Below are positions 1-8,673 of a stretch of DNA of 64,000 nucleotides, in pieces. The stretch lies in the sequence record LC768500.1; one strand, written 5' to 3'. A program made the position numbers and the translations under genes. The notes below the pieces were generated by a model. That model saw only the letters and a list, made by a program, of their open reading frames with translations, ran no database searches and was not told the origin of the DNA. Numbering within the stretch: the stretch's first letter is position 1; each line of letters begins with the position of its first letter.

Positions 1-6
1 TTTTTT

Positions 7-72
7 CAAGCAGAAGACGGCATACGAGATAGGCTCCGGTGACTGGAGTTCAGACGTGTGCTCTTCCGATCT
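7..72 (+). other. Illumina P7 + i7 index + TruSeq read-2 adapter (sequencing artefact)
   Basis: Exact CAAGCAGAAGACGGCATACGAGAT (7-30), 8-nt index AGGCTCCG (31-38), GTGACTGGAGTTCAGACGTGTGCTCTTCCGATCT (39-72). Confidence 0.99.
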
Positions 73-83
73 GGCGCGCGCCA

Positions 84-118
84 GCGTGCGTGTGTGTGCG
101 TATGTGCGCGCACGCGTA
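84..118. repeat. 35-nt perfectly alternating purine/pyrimidine tract
   Basis: GCGTGCGTGTGTGTGCGTATGTGCGCGCACGCGTA; adjacent to the adapter so authenticity uncertain. Confidence 0.6.
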
Positions 119-525
119 ATAGAGAAGGGGTTATAAAAAACACAAGATTAAACCTGAGTAATTACCCAGAAAAAATCATACGGAGTAAAAATTATTAACC
201 AGAACGATTCTGAAAAGATTTAACATCCAACCTATGAATTCGTATCAGTCGGATGAAAAAACGTTTTAGAAATCGATACAGGAATTTTTAGAGGGTGTTC
301 TGATCGAGTTCTCAGGAAGGATTATTCACTGAATAAAAATATTTTAATCAAGATAATTAATTTTTACCGCAAGTTAGATTTATCGAGACAAGAAGATTTA
401 ACCGCAAAGTAATATCTTACGGAGAGCATAATCTTCTGAGCAGGACAGAGATCTCGAATTGTCAGATGGCAAATACCCCATCCGTTCGAAAGTTAACCCG
501 AAACATCCCTAAGAGGTGATATCCT

Positions 526-1260
526 ATGCAACCAGCTAACCCATGGAAAAACAACAAGCACGTTAAATCACAAGACTCAGCAAGTGTTGATCGTTACGAA
601 TCCCTGTTACAAGAATTACCTGATGCGTTGAACGCAACCCCTCGAGATCCCGGATATCTTATAGCGACTAAAAAGATTTTATTAGTCCTGGAAATGTCTG
701 AAGGAACCCGACTGACCGTTCGCAACGTGATGGAAAATCCAGACATGATTCGTAAGGTCCACGAGTTGCTGGTGGAGTTAGGCTGGAAGCAAGCGATTAG
801 CCGAGGGACTCAGGTTTTCGTCACTCACCAGGATTTAATTAAACCGAGTATCTACCGCTTAATCGACCTCGACGCTAATGGGATCGGTTACGCTAACGAA
901 CTGCTGAATAATATTTTATTAGAGCGTCGGTTCAGTGCTCGGGTAGACAATAACGATATTCGAATCCTCCCAGGAGACCGTAGCGCAAGTAACCCCTTTA
1001 GCCTGCTGTCGTCTAACGTCGTCAGTGGTTGGCGTAAAGCCATACGGGATTACGACAAAAGCGTGACGGGTAATCTTATTGGACACATGACGGTTGTCGG
1101 CGAAGACAATACGAATATCCCGCTTGATTTAAAACTGGTTTTCGCTCTGCTGGATTACATCGGGTGGCCAGAAATGTATTTTACTGGCGAACAGATTTTA
1201 TTGAGTAACCCCATTGGGGATTATCAAACCCTTGAGGTGAATTTCATCGACCCTGAGTAA
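526..1260 (+). CDS. hypothetical protein (244 aa)
   Basis: Long ORF, SD-like GAGGTG upstream; no motif recognised. Confidence 0.75.
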   Translation: MQPANPWKNNKHVKSQDSASVDRYESLLQELPDALNATPRDPGYLIATKKILLVLEMSEGTRLTVRNVMENPDMIRKVHELLVELGWKQAISRGTQVFVTHQDLIKPSIYRLIDLDANGIGYANELLNNILLERRFSARVDNNDIRILPGDRSASNPFSLLSSNVVSGWRKAIRDYDKSVTGNLIGHMTVVGEDNTNIPLDLKLVFALLDYIGWPEMYFTGEQILLSNPIGDYQTLEVNFIDPE

Positions 1261-1511
1261 TTCCTAACGACAGAGTGATGTTATTAGTAAAGATCTTTGG
1301 ACTCCCTGTTGATTAACTAGCGACCCAACCTCATCTCTTTGAACCTCCTTACCACGAGCGAGATAGCCAAAGTAGCTAGAGATTTTCAGGGGGTTCAATC
1401 CCCATTATTCGTTAATCTTATTAGACCCATTGTCCTTAGCCATGTAGCGACGGCCATTCTCCTGTGACAGACAAGTTTTTGTTCAATGGGATAGATTAAC
1501 GTTTTTCTTCA

Positions 1512-1584
1512 CGTCGTATTATCTGATGAGTCTTCGACGCTAAACAAGACGAAACCTAATGAATCTATTTTATTAGGTCATAAT
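1512..1584 (+). ncRNA. type I hammerhead ribozyme, predicted cleavage after GUC at C1579
   Basis: Core CUGAUGA 1523-29 and GAAA 1551-54; stem I 1518-22/1580-84; stem II 1530-34/1546-50; stem III 1554-60/1572-78; 5-bp pseudoknot CGUCG 1512-16/CGACG 1535-39. Confidence 0.92.
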
Positions 1585-2230
1585 TCAACCTAAGCGTTGA
1601 ACGGGCAGTTAGGGGCAATGGTCCCCGAGGTCTTCAGCTTCTTCGCCTGCCCGCACTAAAAAGTTCTTTCATGATTAGGAGTGCCGCACTCTACGAGCGG
1701 ACAATAAGCAACCGAAAGTGGGAGAGAAAGAAGCGTGTCTGGTCGCTTGCCGGAAAGTTGGTTCAGGCGGGTTTCTTCCCAACCCAAACGACGCTGCCCA
1801 AGATAGGGCTGCAAGTCGTATTAGCGAATTATACCGGTATGCGGGGTTTCCGCGATAAACCGGGTTAGCTACGGGTAAGAAACCGGCCGGAGTAATCAGC
1901 CTTTCGTATTCGGGTAACGTGAGTTATTGTAGAGATATCTCTGAGGGTTAGGCCAACCCCCGACGTTCTCCGAGTCCGAAGGGAAGCTTGCTCAGCTTCG
2001 TAGGAACTCCAAAATCTCAGACGGTCACACCTCGCAATCTTACGGCAGTATGATTGCCTATTCGTCCTTTGTCGCTCACCAAGGGGCGAGTAGGAAACCT
2101 CTGCCACGGCGTTTCGTTTGCCTTTTACCATTGCTTTTGTTATAACCTCTCTGTTTGAGTTGAGTGTTAACTTCCCCAAGAGTGTAACCTGTTATCTCTC
2201 TCTTCGTGAGGAGTCGGAGATAATGGGGTA
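1580..2230 (+). ncRNA. putative large structured non-coding RNA (family unknown)
   Basis: Many nested helices (1602-08/1647-53, 1770-77/1877-84, 1900-06/1977-83, 1908-13/1970-75, 1916-20/1963-67, 2044-49/2053-58); no credible ORF; boundaries approximate. Confidence 0.55.
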
Positions 2231-2249
2231 AATTCTTAGGAGGTTCGTT

Positions 2250-2438
2250 ATGTACACATACCAGTATACCGTGCGATACCGAATACCTAATTCTGTGTTT
2301 ACGACTTACAGCGGAGAAATTACTTCCGACTGTTTGCTCACTAACGCTAATCGCATCTTTGACGTTTTGCGCACTGAGGTTCATAAAGCTACTAACGTTA
2401 ACTCGTTTAGCATTACGAACTTTAAGCTGAAAGAATAA
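2250..2438 (+). CDS. small hypothetical protein (62 aa)
   Basis: Strong SD AGGAGG upstream of ATG. Confidence 0.75.
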   Translation: MYTYQYTVRYRIPNSVFTTYSGEITSDCLLTNANRIFDVLRTEVHKATNVNSFSITNFKLKE

Positions 2439-2606
2439 GTCGAGCTACGCGCTCAACCTACCTTAGGGCCGGAAGTAGTTACGACTTAGGGGGAAAGAAG
2501 AGTCGTGCCTTTAAGTACCCCAACCCAATTCGTGTGGTGATCTCTCACATCATCTCATGAATATCGCCACATCATCATTAAAGTTCTACCATGAATTTTT
2601 ATTCCT

Positions 2607-2638
2607 TCCAGTAGGGTTCGGCCCTACTGGACTTTTTT
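2607..2638 (+). terminator. intrinsic terminator
   Basis: TCCAGTAGGG/CCCTACTGGA 10-bp stem followed by T-tract. Confidence 0.8.
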
Positions 2639-2769
2639 CGCGTTTTTTAAATCGGCAGTTGTTTAATTATGTCAGAACTAGATTTTTTCAGTTCTAAATT
2701 ATGGTAATGTAAAGCAAAAGATAATGCTTTCCATTCCAACTATCATAATTTCTTTTAGGAGCTAGATCA

Positions 2770-3732
2770 ATGAGTACATTACGTGTTTACGCGTGCGGCG
2801 GTACTGGTATTAATATCGCGTCTAAATGGATTGCCACCGGTGCGAATACGCTTATTCGTAAAGCCCAGTTCATTGGACTGGACAGCAGTGAAAACAACAA
2901 ACCGCATAACGACGCCTTTAAGGTCGAACGTCCTGAAGGAACTCGTGGCGGCGGTAAGGAACGTAAGCTGATCGGTAAAATTGCCGCCGGGTTTATTGAC
3001 AGTATTTTGACCAAACATAAACCGGGCGATTTCAACCTGATCATCATGAACGCGGCAGGCGCTACCGGGAGTACGTTCGGCCCGACTCTGATCAACCGTC
3101 TCCTCTCTCAAGGTGTTCCGGTTATCGCCCTGGTCGTAGGCGACCTGACCTCTGAACTGGAAAACTACAACACGGTTAAAACGTTTGAAAGCCTGGACAA
3201 CCAGCGCATCAATCTGAACGTGCCGGTTATCATCGACTACGTGGACAACGCCAAATATCCCAGCCGCGGATTGGCCGACAAATACGCCATCGGCCGTCTT
3301 GATATCCTGAGCCTGTTCTTAACCGACGAACATGAAGAAAGCGATTTCCAAGACATCCGGAACCTGTTCTATTACAACCAGGTTACCAAGGCGGCGCCTA
3401 CTCTTGCTCGTATCGACTTCTTGACCGATACTCAGTTAGACAACGTTACTCCAGGGCTGGTTGCTGAATTTGGTTTGTATCGTAAAGCGGACGATATCGG
3501 CAGTCATATTAAAAATCTGGCATACCGTTCGACCGGCGTTATTCAGGAAGGTAGCACTAACTTCCCGGCTGGAATAGAACATCTCCACATGGTCTTTGAT
3601 CATGATGCGACGATCAAAGATATCCTGGTTCTGGTTCAGGATCTTAAAGATATTGAGATCCAAAATAACGAACGTTTTAAATCCGCTCAGCAGGTTGGAA
3701 ACGGCGGCGATGATTCTGGAATGTCCTACTAA
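2770..3732 (+). CDS. phuZ: PhuZ phage tubulin
   Basis: ACGGTG N-terminal loop, GLDSS, GGGK, tubulin signature AAGATGST, acidic C-tail; size and context match. Confidence 0.93.
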   Translation: MSTLRVYACGGTGINIASKWIATGANTLIRKAQFIGLDSSENNKPHNDAFKVERPEGTRGGGKERKLIGKIAAGFIDSILTKHKPGDFNLIIMNAAGATGSTFGPTLINRLLSQGVPVIALVVGDLTSELENYNTVKTFESLDNQRINLNVPVIIDYVDNAKYPSRGLADKYAIGRLDILSLFLTDEHEESDFQDIRNLFYYNQVTKAAPTLARIDFLTDTQLDNVTPGLVAEFGLYRKADDIGSHIKNLAYRSTGVIQEGSTNFPAGIEHLHMVFDHDATIKDILVLVQDLKDIEIQNNERFKSAQQVGNGGDDSGMSY

Positions 3733-3741
3733 GTAAAACAA

Positions 3742-3776
3742 TACTGCTACAGCCCTTCTATGGGGCTGTAGCAGTA
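3742..3776. terminator. long hairpin terminator after phuZ
   Basis: 14-bp stem TACTGCTACAGCCC/GGGCTGTAGCAGTA, downstream T-rich. Confidence 0.8.
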
Positions 3777-3846
3777 GTTCTTTATTTTTTGCATCTATCT
3801 ATAGGTCTAATTAAAAAGTCGCTTATAAACCTTTACAGGAAGCTTT

Positions 3847-4152
3847 ATGATAAAAACAACCAGAGTGGTTAAAACGTTGAGTTTTCGCGAATATCATTCT
3901 GTGATACTTAATGTCGATAGTAACGTTGCTACAGCAGAAAGGTTGCTCCTCAAGGAGGCTTTAATCGAACACGGTTATCAGATCGACGACGGGTTACCTG
4001 AGAGCTATCCTCTTTATCCAGAATCACTAAGGGAATTCAGAGATATGTTGAAGACCAGTATCGAACACATGACTTTGGGAATTCCCACAAACGCCAAGGT
4101 CGAATACATCAGTCCTACACTTGGACTCTTCAATATCATTTTTACTTACTAA
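3847..4152 (+). CDS. hypothetical protein
   Basis: ORF in co-oriented gene run. Confidence 0.65.
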   Translation: MIKTTRVVKTLSFREYHSVILNVDSNVATAERLLLKEALIEHGYQIDDGLPESYPLYPESLREFRDMLKTSIEHMTLGIPTNAKVEYISPTLGLFNIIFTY

Positions 4153-4168
4153 CAGCAGGTGAGCTAAT

Positions 4169-4738
4169 ATGTACTCAGTGGGATCAGAATGGCTTAAGGA
4201 CCAAATTTTAACATTTGGTTATTCGGTAGGAGAAACTTCTGACGGGGACCCTAAACAGTTAACAAGTTTTATCCGGCCTATTGTAGATGGCGTGGTCGAG
4301 GCATTGAATGCTGACGACCCTGACGACATCTGGGATATCATCAGACGTTTTGAACAAGCAATGGCCGGTAATCACGCCATCGAGCATATCTTCAGTTACC
4401 TTACTACTAACGTAAGAAAGATGGCTAAACAATCTGGTTACGACCCCAGGGTGAAGTTTAGAGTCAGAGAAGTCAGAGTCGGGCACCGGATAAATTTTGT
4501 TTTTGAAATGGACCTCGACGCAACAATAGCCGCGGTTAATTCCCTCAATCAAGAAATGCTGGAAGAAGATCTCGATGAAATTGTTTCCGATCACCCAGGA
4601 GTTGACGTACTTCAAAAACTTGAAAACGTTAGGAAAAGGGAACTACAAGAAAAACTTAATTCCTTTACACGAAATGTACTCGGAGTTCGTGTCGTACCAG
4701 CGGGAGCTAGCAGACGTTACCTTAATAAAGGAGTCTGA
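4169..4738 (+). CDS. hypothetical protein
   Basis: 189-aa ORF, SD-like AGGTGAG. Confidence 0.75.
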   Translation: MYSVGSEWLKDQILTFGYSVGETSDGDPKQLTSFIRPIVDGVVEALNADDPDDIWDIIRRFEQAMAGNHAIEHIFSYLTTNVRKMAKQSGYDPRVKFRVREVRVGHRINFVFEMDLDATIAAVNSLNQEMLEEDLDEIVSDHPGVDVLQKLENVRKRELQEKLNSFTRNVLGVRVVPAGASRRYLNKGV

Positions 4739-5111
4739 TCTAGAAATCGTTTTTGGTGGATTGATACAGTACGTTATGGATGAGTTCCCCTTGTCTACTC
4801 AGTGTATAACTTTTGATCAAACCTCTTTCGATAAAAGGATAGCGAGAAAACATTATTCCTCGGAAGTACTTGAGGAAATATTGGACGCAATGAAATGTGT
4901 AATAGCTAAACATATTTATGCGCTCACTCCTAACACTTTAATTAGAAAGCCAGTGTTCTATCATCTGATTAATACTCGCGTATTGGTGATCCATATAAGT
5001 GATTACGATCTAAGAGAGCCTGACAATGCATCGTATCCTCGTTCCAGTAAAACCCATCGCGGACGCAATGACGACCTTCCAACTCCCCGAGATTGGCGCG
5101 ATGACACATAA
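4575..5111 (+). CDS. hypothetical protein (true start probably further downstream)
   Basis: ORF fills gap in operon; long overlap with previous ORF makes start uncertain. Confidence 0.55.
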   Translation: MKLFPITQELTYFKNLKTLGKGNYKKNLIPLHEMYSEFVSYQRELADVTLIKESDLEIVFGGLIQYVMDEFPLSTQCITFDQTSFDKRIARKHYSSEVLEEILDAMKCVIAKHIYALTPNTLIRKPVFYHLINTRVLVIHISDYDLREPDNASYPRSSKTHRGRNDDLPTPRDWRDDT

Positions 5112-5394
5112 CCAGTTATTAGAAATGATTGTGAAATTGAGCTTAGAAGCTCGTTTTAAATCTTACGGACTTTCTGGTGCGATTGATATCATCAAGGATT
5201 TAATCTACGCGTTTAAACCAAAGGATTCAGTCCCGGACATCCTATTGGGTTTTTATCTCCTCCCGGGAATGGTCGCATTAACGGAAGAAATGACTGCGAT
5301 TGAGAAAGCCAGGGATGTTTTCGGATGGGACCTTTATTGTCCTAACATGAAGTCACAACATATTGTCGTCTATGCGGGAGAACCACGTGCCTAA
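5026..5394 (+). CDS. hypothetical protein
   Basis: ORF in operon. Confidence 0.6.
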   Translation: MHRILVPVKPIADAMTTFQLPEIGAMTHNQLLEMIVKLSLEARFKSYGLSGAIDIIKDLIYAFKPKDSVPDILLGFYLLPGMVALTEEMTAIEKARDVFGWDLYCPNMKSQHIVVYAGEPRA

Positions 5395-5719
5395 GATAAC
5401 TATCCAACTTTCAATACCGCCGGGAACCGATGTGGAAGGATTTGTTTCTGCATATGGCAGTCTCTTAAGAGCACATCGGGTTAAATGTAACATCCCTAGT
5501 CAGGATGTTCAACTTAACCATCCGTTAGAAGAAGCCCGGGAGCAGATTCTGGGAGACTTCCAACGTACCAATTCCCAGCTTCAGTCGATCAGTGCTAAGT
5601 ACGCCGATGTCTCTGTGTCCAACGTTCTTTCAGATGGGCGCGGGCTGACTATCATCTTAGCATGCGACAAACCTAATAGTGAGTTCATCAATGCGGATTT
5701 CTCACACCAGTCTCAATGA
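5363..5719 (+). CDS. hypothetical protein
   Basis: ORF in operon; internal GTG after GGAG is an alternative start. Confidence 0.6.
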   Translation: MSSMRENHVPKITIQLSIPPGTDVEGFVSAYGSLLRAHRVKCNIPSQDVQLNHPLEEAREQILGDFQRTNSQLQSISAKYADVSVSNVLSDGRGLTIILACDKPNSEFINADFSHQSQ

Positions 5720-6008
5720 AGAAGCTTTCCTGGATGCGATTAAACAGATATATCTGAAAGACGATCCCCTACCTTCTGATCAGACAATTTACGAAGTCGT
5801 TTCCGATTGGGTGGATGATCTATTTCAAAATGGTCATGTGGAAGAATATATAGTCGATCTCTTTCTAGACGGTCTTCCCCCTACCGAACTGTTGAGGGGT
5901 GTAACCGTTCACCCTATCTTTAGAAAACGCGTACCGTACGCGGTCAATCCCATTGATGGTATGGTAGAAACCGTAGGGTTCCCTTTAATCATTTTGGAGT
6001 ACAGTTGA
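5679..6008 (+). CDS. hypothetical protein
   Basis: ORF in operon. Confidence 0.6.
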   Translation: MSSSMRISHTSLNEEAFLDAIKQIYLKDDPLPSDQTIYEVVSDWVDDLFQNGHVEEYIVDLFLDGLPPTELLRGVTVHPIFRKRVPYAVNPIDGMVETVGFPLIILEYS

Positions 6009-6009
6009 A

Positions 6010-6423
6010 ATGAGCATCAGTGTGAAGAACGGGGATATTGTTAGTTTTTCCCTAGTCCAAGCAAATATCATCAATAACGATTACACCAACGTAACCGTTT
6101 TAGGCCAAGGAATGTTCGACGTTGCTCGGGGAATTGACCCGGAGCTTCGCAATAAACATTACAACCTTTATCCGTATTTCAAGGATAAAGTTAACAATGT
6201 GGACGATCCTAACTACGCCGATGGCTATCTGATCTTGAAGCTATCCAATGGTGAGCTCAGCGCTATTGGTGTTCCCTGGATCAACGAAGATACCTTTGAG
6301 GTTATCAGCGGAGAAACCCGTGTTTACACATTCCCTACCTGGAAAAGTAAATATGAGTCAAGTCTGCATGAACTCTTGGCTAACCTCGGCGCCGAATATT
6401 CTTATACCAGCACTAAAAAATAA
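6010..6423 (+). CDS. conserved protein, probable SH3-like beta fold (phiKZ gp49-like by synteny)
   Basis: Beta-rich 137 aa with GVPWI motif, immediately upstream of the DNA polymerase gene. Confidence 0.55.
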   Translation: MSISVKNGDIVSFSLVQANIINNDYTNVTVLGQGMFDVARGIDPELRNKHYNLYPYFKDKVNNVDDPNYADGYLILKLSNGELSAIGVPWINEDTFEVISGETRVYTFPTWKSKYESSLHELLANLGAEYSYTSTKK

Positions 6424-6425
6424 AC

Positions 6426-6459
6426 TGTTACCCTCATCCCATTAGGGATGAGGGTAACA
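6426..6459. terminator. long hairpin terminator
   Basis: 15-bp stem TGTTACCCTCATCCC/GGGATGAGGGTAACA, then T-rich. Confidence 0.8.
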
Positions 6460-6542
6460 TCTTTTATTATTATTTTTTTATTGTCATTCCTTTTTATTAG
6501 ACGAAAACAATTTTAAATTTTAAAGTGAAACGGAGCTTAAAG

Positions 6543-8627
6543 ATGACTGAGACTTTTTTAAGTCCGTTTGTTGATGACGATTACAGTGCCGATAGGAATA
6601 TCGTTAAACACTATCATGAACAAATGGCTTTGTATCTTGGTAAAAAGCGCAATGAAGATCCTAAAGCTATTTACGAGGTACTTTCCAAACACATCCAGCC
6701 CAATCAAAACGGTTATAAAGATCGTCGTATGCAGGTTTTAGTAAAAAACAAGTACGGCGATAGAGAAGTTAAAGTCATGACAGCGTCTAATTTCTTTAAT
6801 GAAGTTAGACGTCAGAACTGCCATCTTAGTCCCAGTATGGTTGCTTACAAGAACACTGAAGAAGAGCAATCTGTTAATGCAATCGGGACAGAAAAATTTC
6901 TTAGTCTTCGGTCCCACTATAAAGGGTTAAAACAAAAGGCCAGTGACGAAGGTGATGAATGGGGTAAGAAGGCTTTCCACGAAATTCAAAACGCCTTGAA
7001 AATATTCAACAACGCCCAATCAGGCGCAATGTCATCCCGTGGGACCCCTCTTGTTAATAAGTCAGGTCATACTGCTCTGACTAGTGCTTGCCGTGCTTTG
7101 ACCAGTACCGCTAACATGTGTAATGAAAAGTTATTGGTCGGTAACCGATTCTTTAACTCGTACGAGCGAACGATGGAGAACTTACTGTCGTTGCTCTCAG
7201 TTACTGACATTAAGCGAATGGACGAAGTCATCAAGAAACTGAAGATGAACTACGCGACCATAGACCAGGTTATGGAAATGGTCAAACGTTGTTCTCGTCG
7301 GTATTGGAGAGACGTTAAACAACTCGGCTACATTAAAGAGTTTTTGGAGCAACTTCGTCCGGTTGAATTAACGGCTTTGCTTTGCAATATGGATATCGAG
7401 GGATTGAGGGTTACGAATAAAGAAATCCTTTATAAATTCTTTGATGACTTCTCTCATATACCGGAAGTTCCAGAAGGCGCTAAAGCTGAAGATTATACTC
7501 CACCTGATAACGGAGACCGATACATACTTTGTGTTTCTAAACTCTTAGCGAAACCAAGCAAAGTTCAGTTAAACTTTTTAAACCAGTATCATCTGGAAAT
7601 GGAACATAAATGGAAAGACTTTATTGAAGTCTTCTTTAAATGCTCCATTCCTCCATCGGGCATTTATGAAATCAGGGATATGATCCGAGAGGTAGTTCAA
7701 ACCTCAGATACCGATTCCTCGATTTACACCGTAGATAAAGTCGTAGAGGATTACACCGACGAAAAAGGACAATCGTTGAGATTGAATGGGGTTCTTACTT
7801 ACTTCATTCGAATGATAGCGGTTCATCAGCACGCTCAGTTAAGTGAAAACATGAACGTTGCTAAACGTTACCGTAATCGTCTGACGATGAAGAACGAGTA
7901 CTTGTTTGGAGGATATGTTACAACATTAATGTCAAAACACTATTTTGCCACACAGCTGATGGTAGAAGGGGTATTGAATAAAAATGTTGAAATGGAAATT
8001 AAGGGTGTACACTTAAGGAGTTCTAAAGTAGCTCATGAGATAAAGGATTTTGCACACAAACTCATGAGGGAGATATTGGATTGTATTTATGACAAACGTC
8101 AAATGGATGCAGCCGATATTCTCTTTAGAGCAGCAGAGTTAGAAAGGGCCATCATTAAGGATATCAACGAAGGCCAATGGGGTTGGTTAACACGCAACAC
8201 CATAAAAAGTGATGACGTGTACACATTGCCGGATCAATCTGTGTATCAATACCACTTACTCTGGGAAGAAGTGTTCTCTCCTAAATATGGACATGCACCA
8301 CCACCGCCCTATTCTGCTATGAAAGTTAACCTTTATTTAGGTAATAAAGGTAAGGTCGAAGAGTTTTGTAAGGATCTGGAAGACAGAGAACTTGCAAATC
8401 GTTTATTAGATTTCTTCGTTAAGAAAGAGAAAAAAGAAATCAGTACGTTCTTTGTTCCTGCTGACGTATTACCAAGATTAGGTAAATTGCCCGATGAAGT
8501 TATTAAAGCCGCCGACATACGACAGATCATTAAACAGAACTTGAAATCTGTTTACGCTGTTTTGGAAGCCTGCGGATTGTATATTGTAAACGACAAAATA
8601 ACACGATTAATCAGTGACGAGCATTAA
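6543..8627 (+). CDS. B-family DNA polymerase, C-terminal catalytic part (phiKZ gp50-like)
   Basis: Motif B LKIFNNAQSG, motif C SDTDS; ATG 6543 has GGAG SD. Confidence 0.88.
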   Translation: MTETFLSPFVDDDYSADRNIVKHYHEQMALYLGKKRNEDPKAIYEVLSKHIQPNQNGYKDRRMQVLVKNKYGDREVKVMTASNFFNEVRRQNCHLSPSMVAYKNTEEEQSVNAIGTEKFLSLRSHYKGLKQKASDEGDEWGKKAFHEIQNALKIFNNAQSGAMSSRGTPLVNKSGHTALTSACRALTSTANMCNEKLLVGNRFFNSYERTMENLLSLLSVTDIKRMDEVIKKLKMNYATIDQVMEMVKRCSRRYWRDVKQLGYIKEFLEQLRPVELTALLCNMDIEGLRVTNKEILYKFFDDFSHIPEVPEGAKAEDYTPPDNGDRYILCVSKLLAKPSKVQLNFLNQYHLEMEHKWKDFIEVFFKCSIPPSGIYEIRDMIREVVQTSDTDSSIYTVDKVVEDYTDEKGQSLRLNGVLTYFIRMIAVHQHAQLSENMNVAKRYRNRLTMKNEYLFGGYVTTLMSKHYFATQLMVEGVLNKNVEMEIKGVHLRSSKVAHEIKDFAHKLMREILDCIYDKRQMDAADILFRAAELERAIIKDINEGQWGWLTRNTIKSDDVYTLPDQSVYQYHLLWEEVFSPKYGHAPPPPYSAMKVNLYLGNKGKVEEFCKDLEDRELANRLLDFFVKKEKKEISTFFVPADVLPRLGKLPDEVIKAADIRQIIKQNLKSVYAVLEACGLYIVNDKITRLISDEH

Positions 8628-8629
8628 AC

Positions 8630-8664
8630 TCTACTCCTACTCCCGATAAGGGAGTAGGAGTAGA
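8630..8664. terminator. bidirectional hairpin, CTCCTAC family
   Basis: 15-bp stem between convergent genes. Confidence 0.8.
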
Positions 8665-8673
8665 TAGTCTCGT

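Noticed and set aside
1345-1410. tRNA-like pieces (TAGC/GCTA hairpin, GGGGGTTCAATCCCC)
   Set aside because: No anticodon arm or acceptor stem can be built
1589-1615. CCUAAGCGUUGA and UUAGGG resembling a pistol ribozyme
   Set aside because: Order of elements is reversed and P1/P2 are absent; kept only as a possible pseudoknot
1631-1637. Minus-strand CUGAAGA as a second hammerhead core
   Set aside because: No stem II or GAAA half at suitable distance
1833-1863. Hairpin resembling group II intron domain V
   Set aside because: No AGC/CGC triad, no domain VI or GUGYG boundary
1671-2384. ORFs 1671..1868 (+), 1865..2179 (-), 2076..2384 (-)
   Set aside because: No SD, atypical composition, overlap structured RNA or the better-supported 2250 gene
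6543-8627. Inteins in polymerase, helicase or RNAP genes
   Set aside because: Lengths fit intein-free homologs; no C-x...HN-C/S/T junctions noticed
8630-8664. Repeated palindromes as a CRISPR array
   Set aside because: Dispersed single copies, no repeat-spacer periodicity, no cas genes
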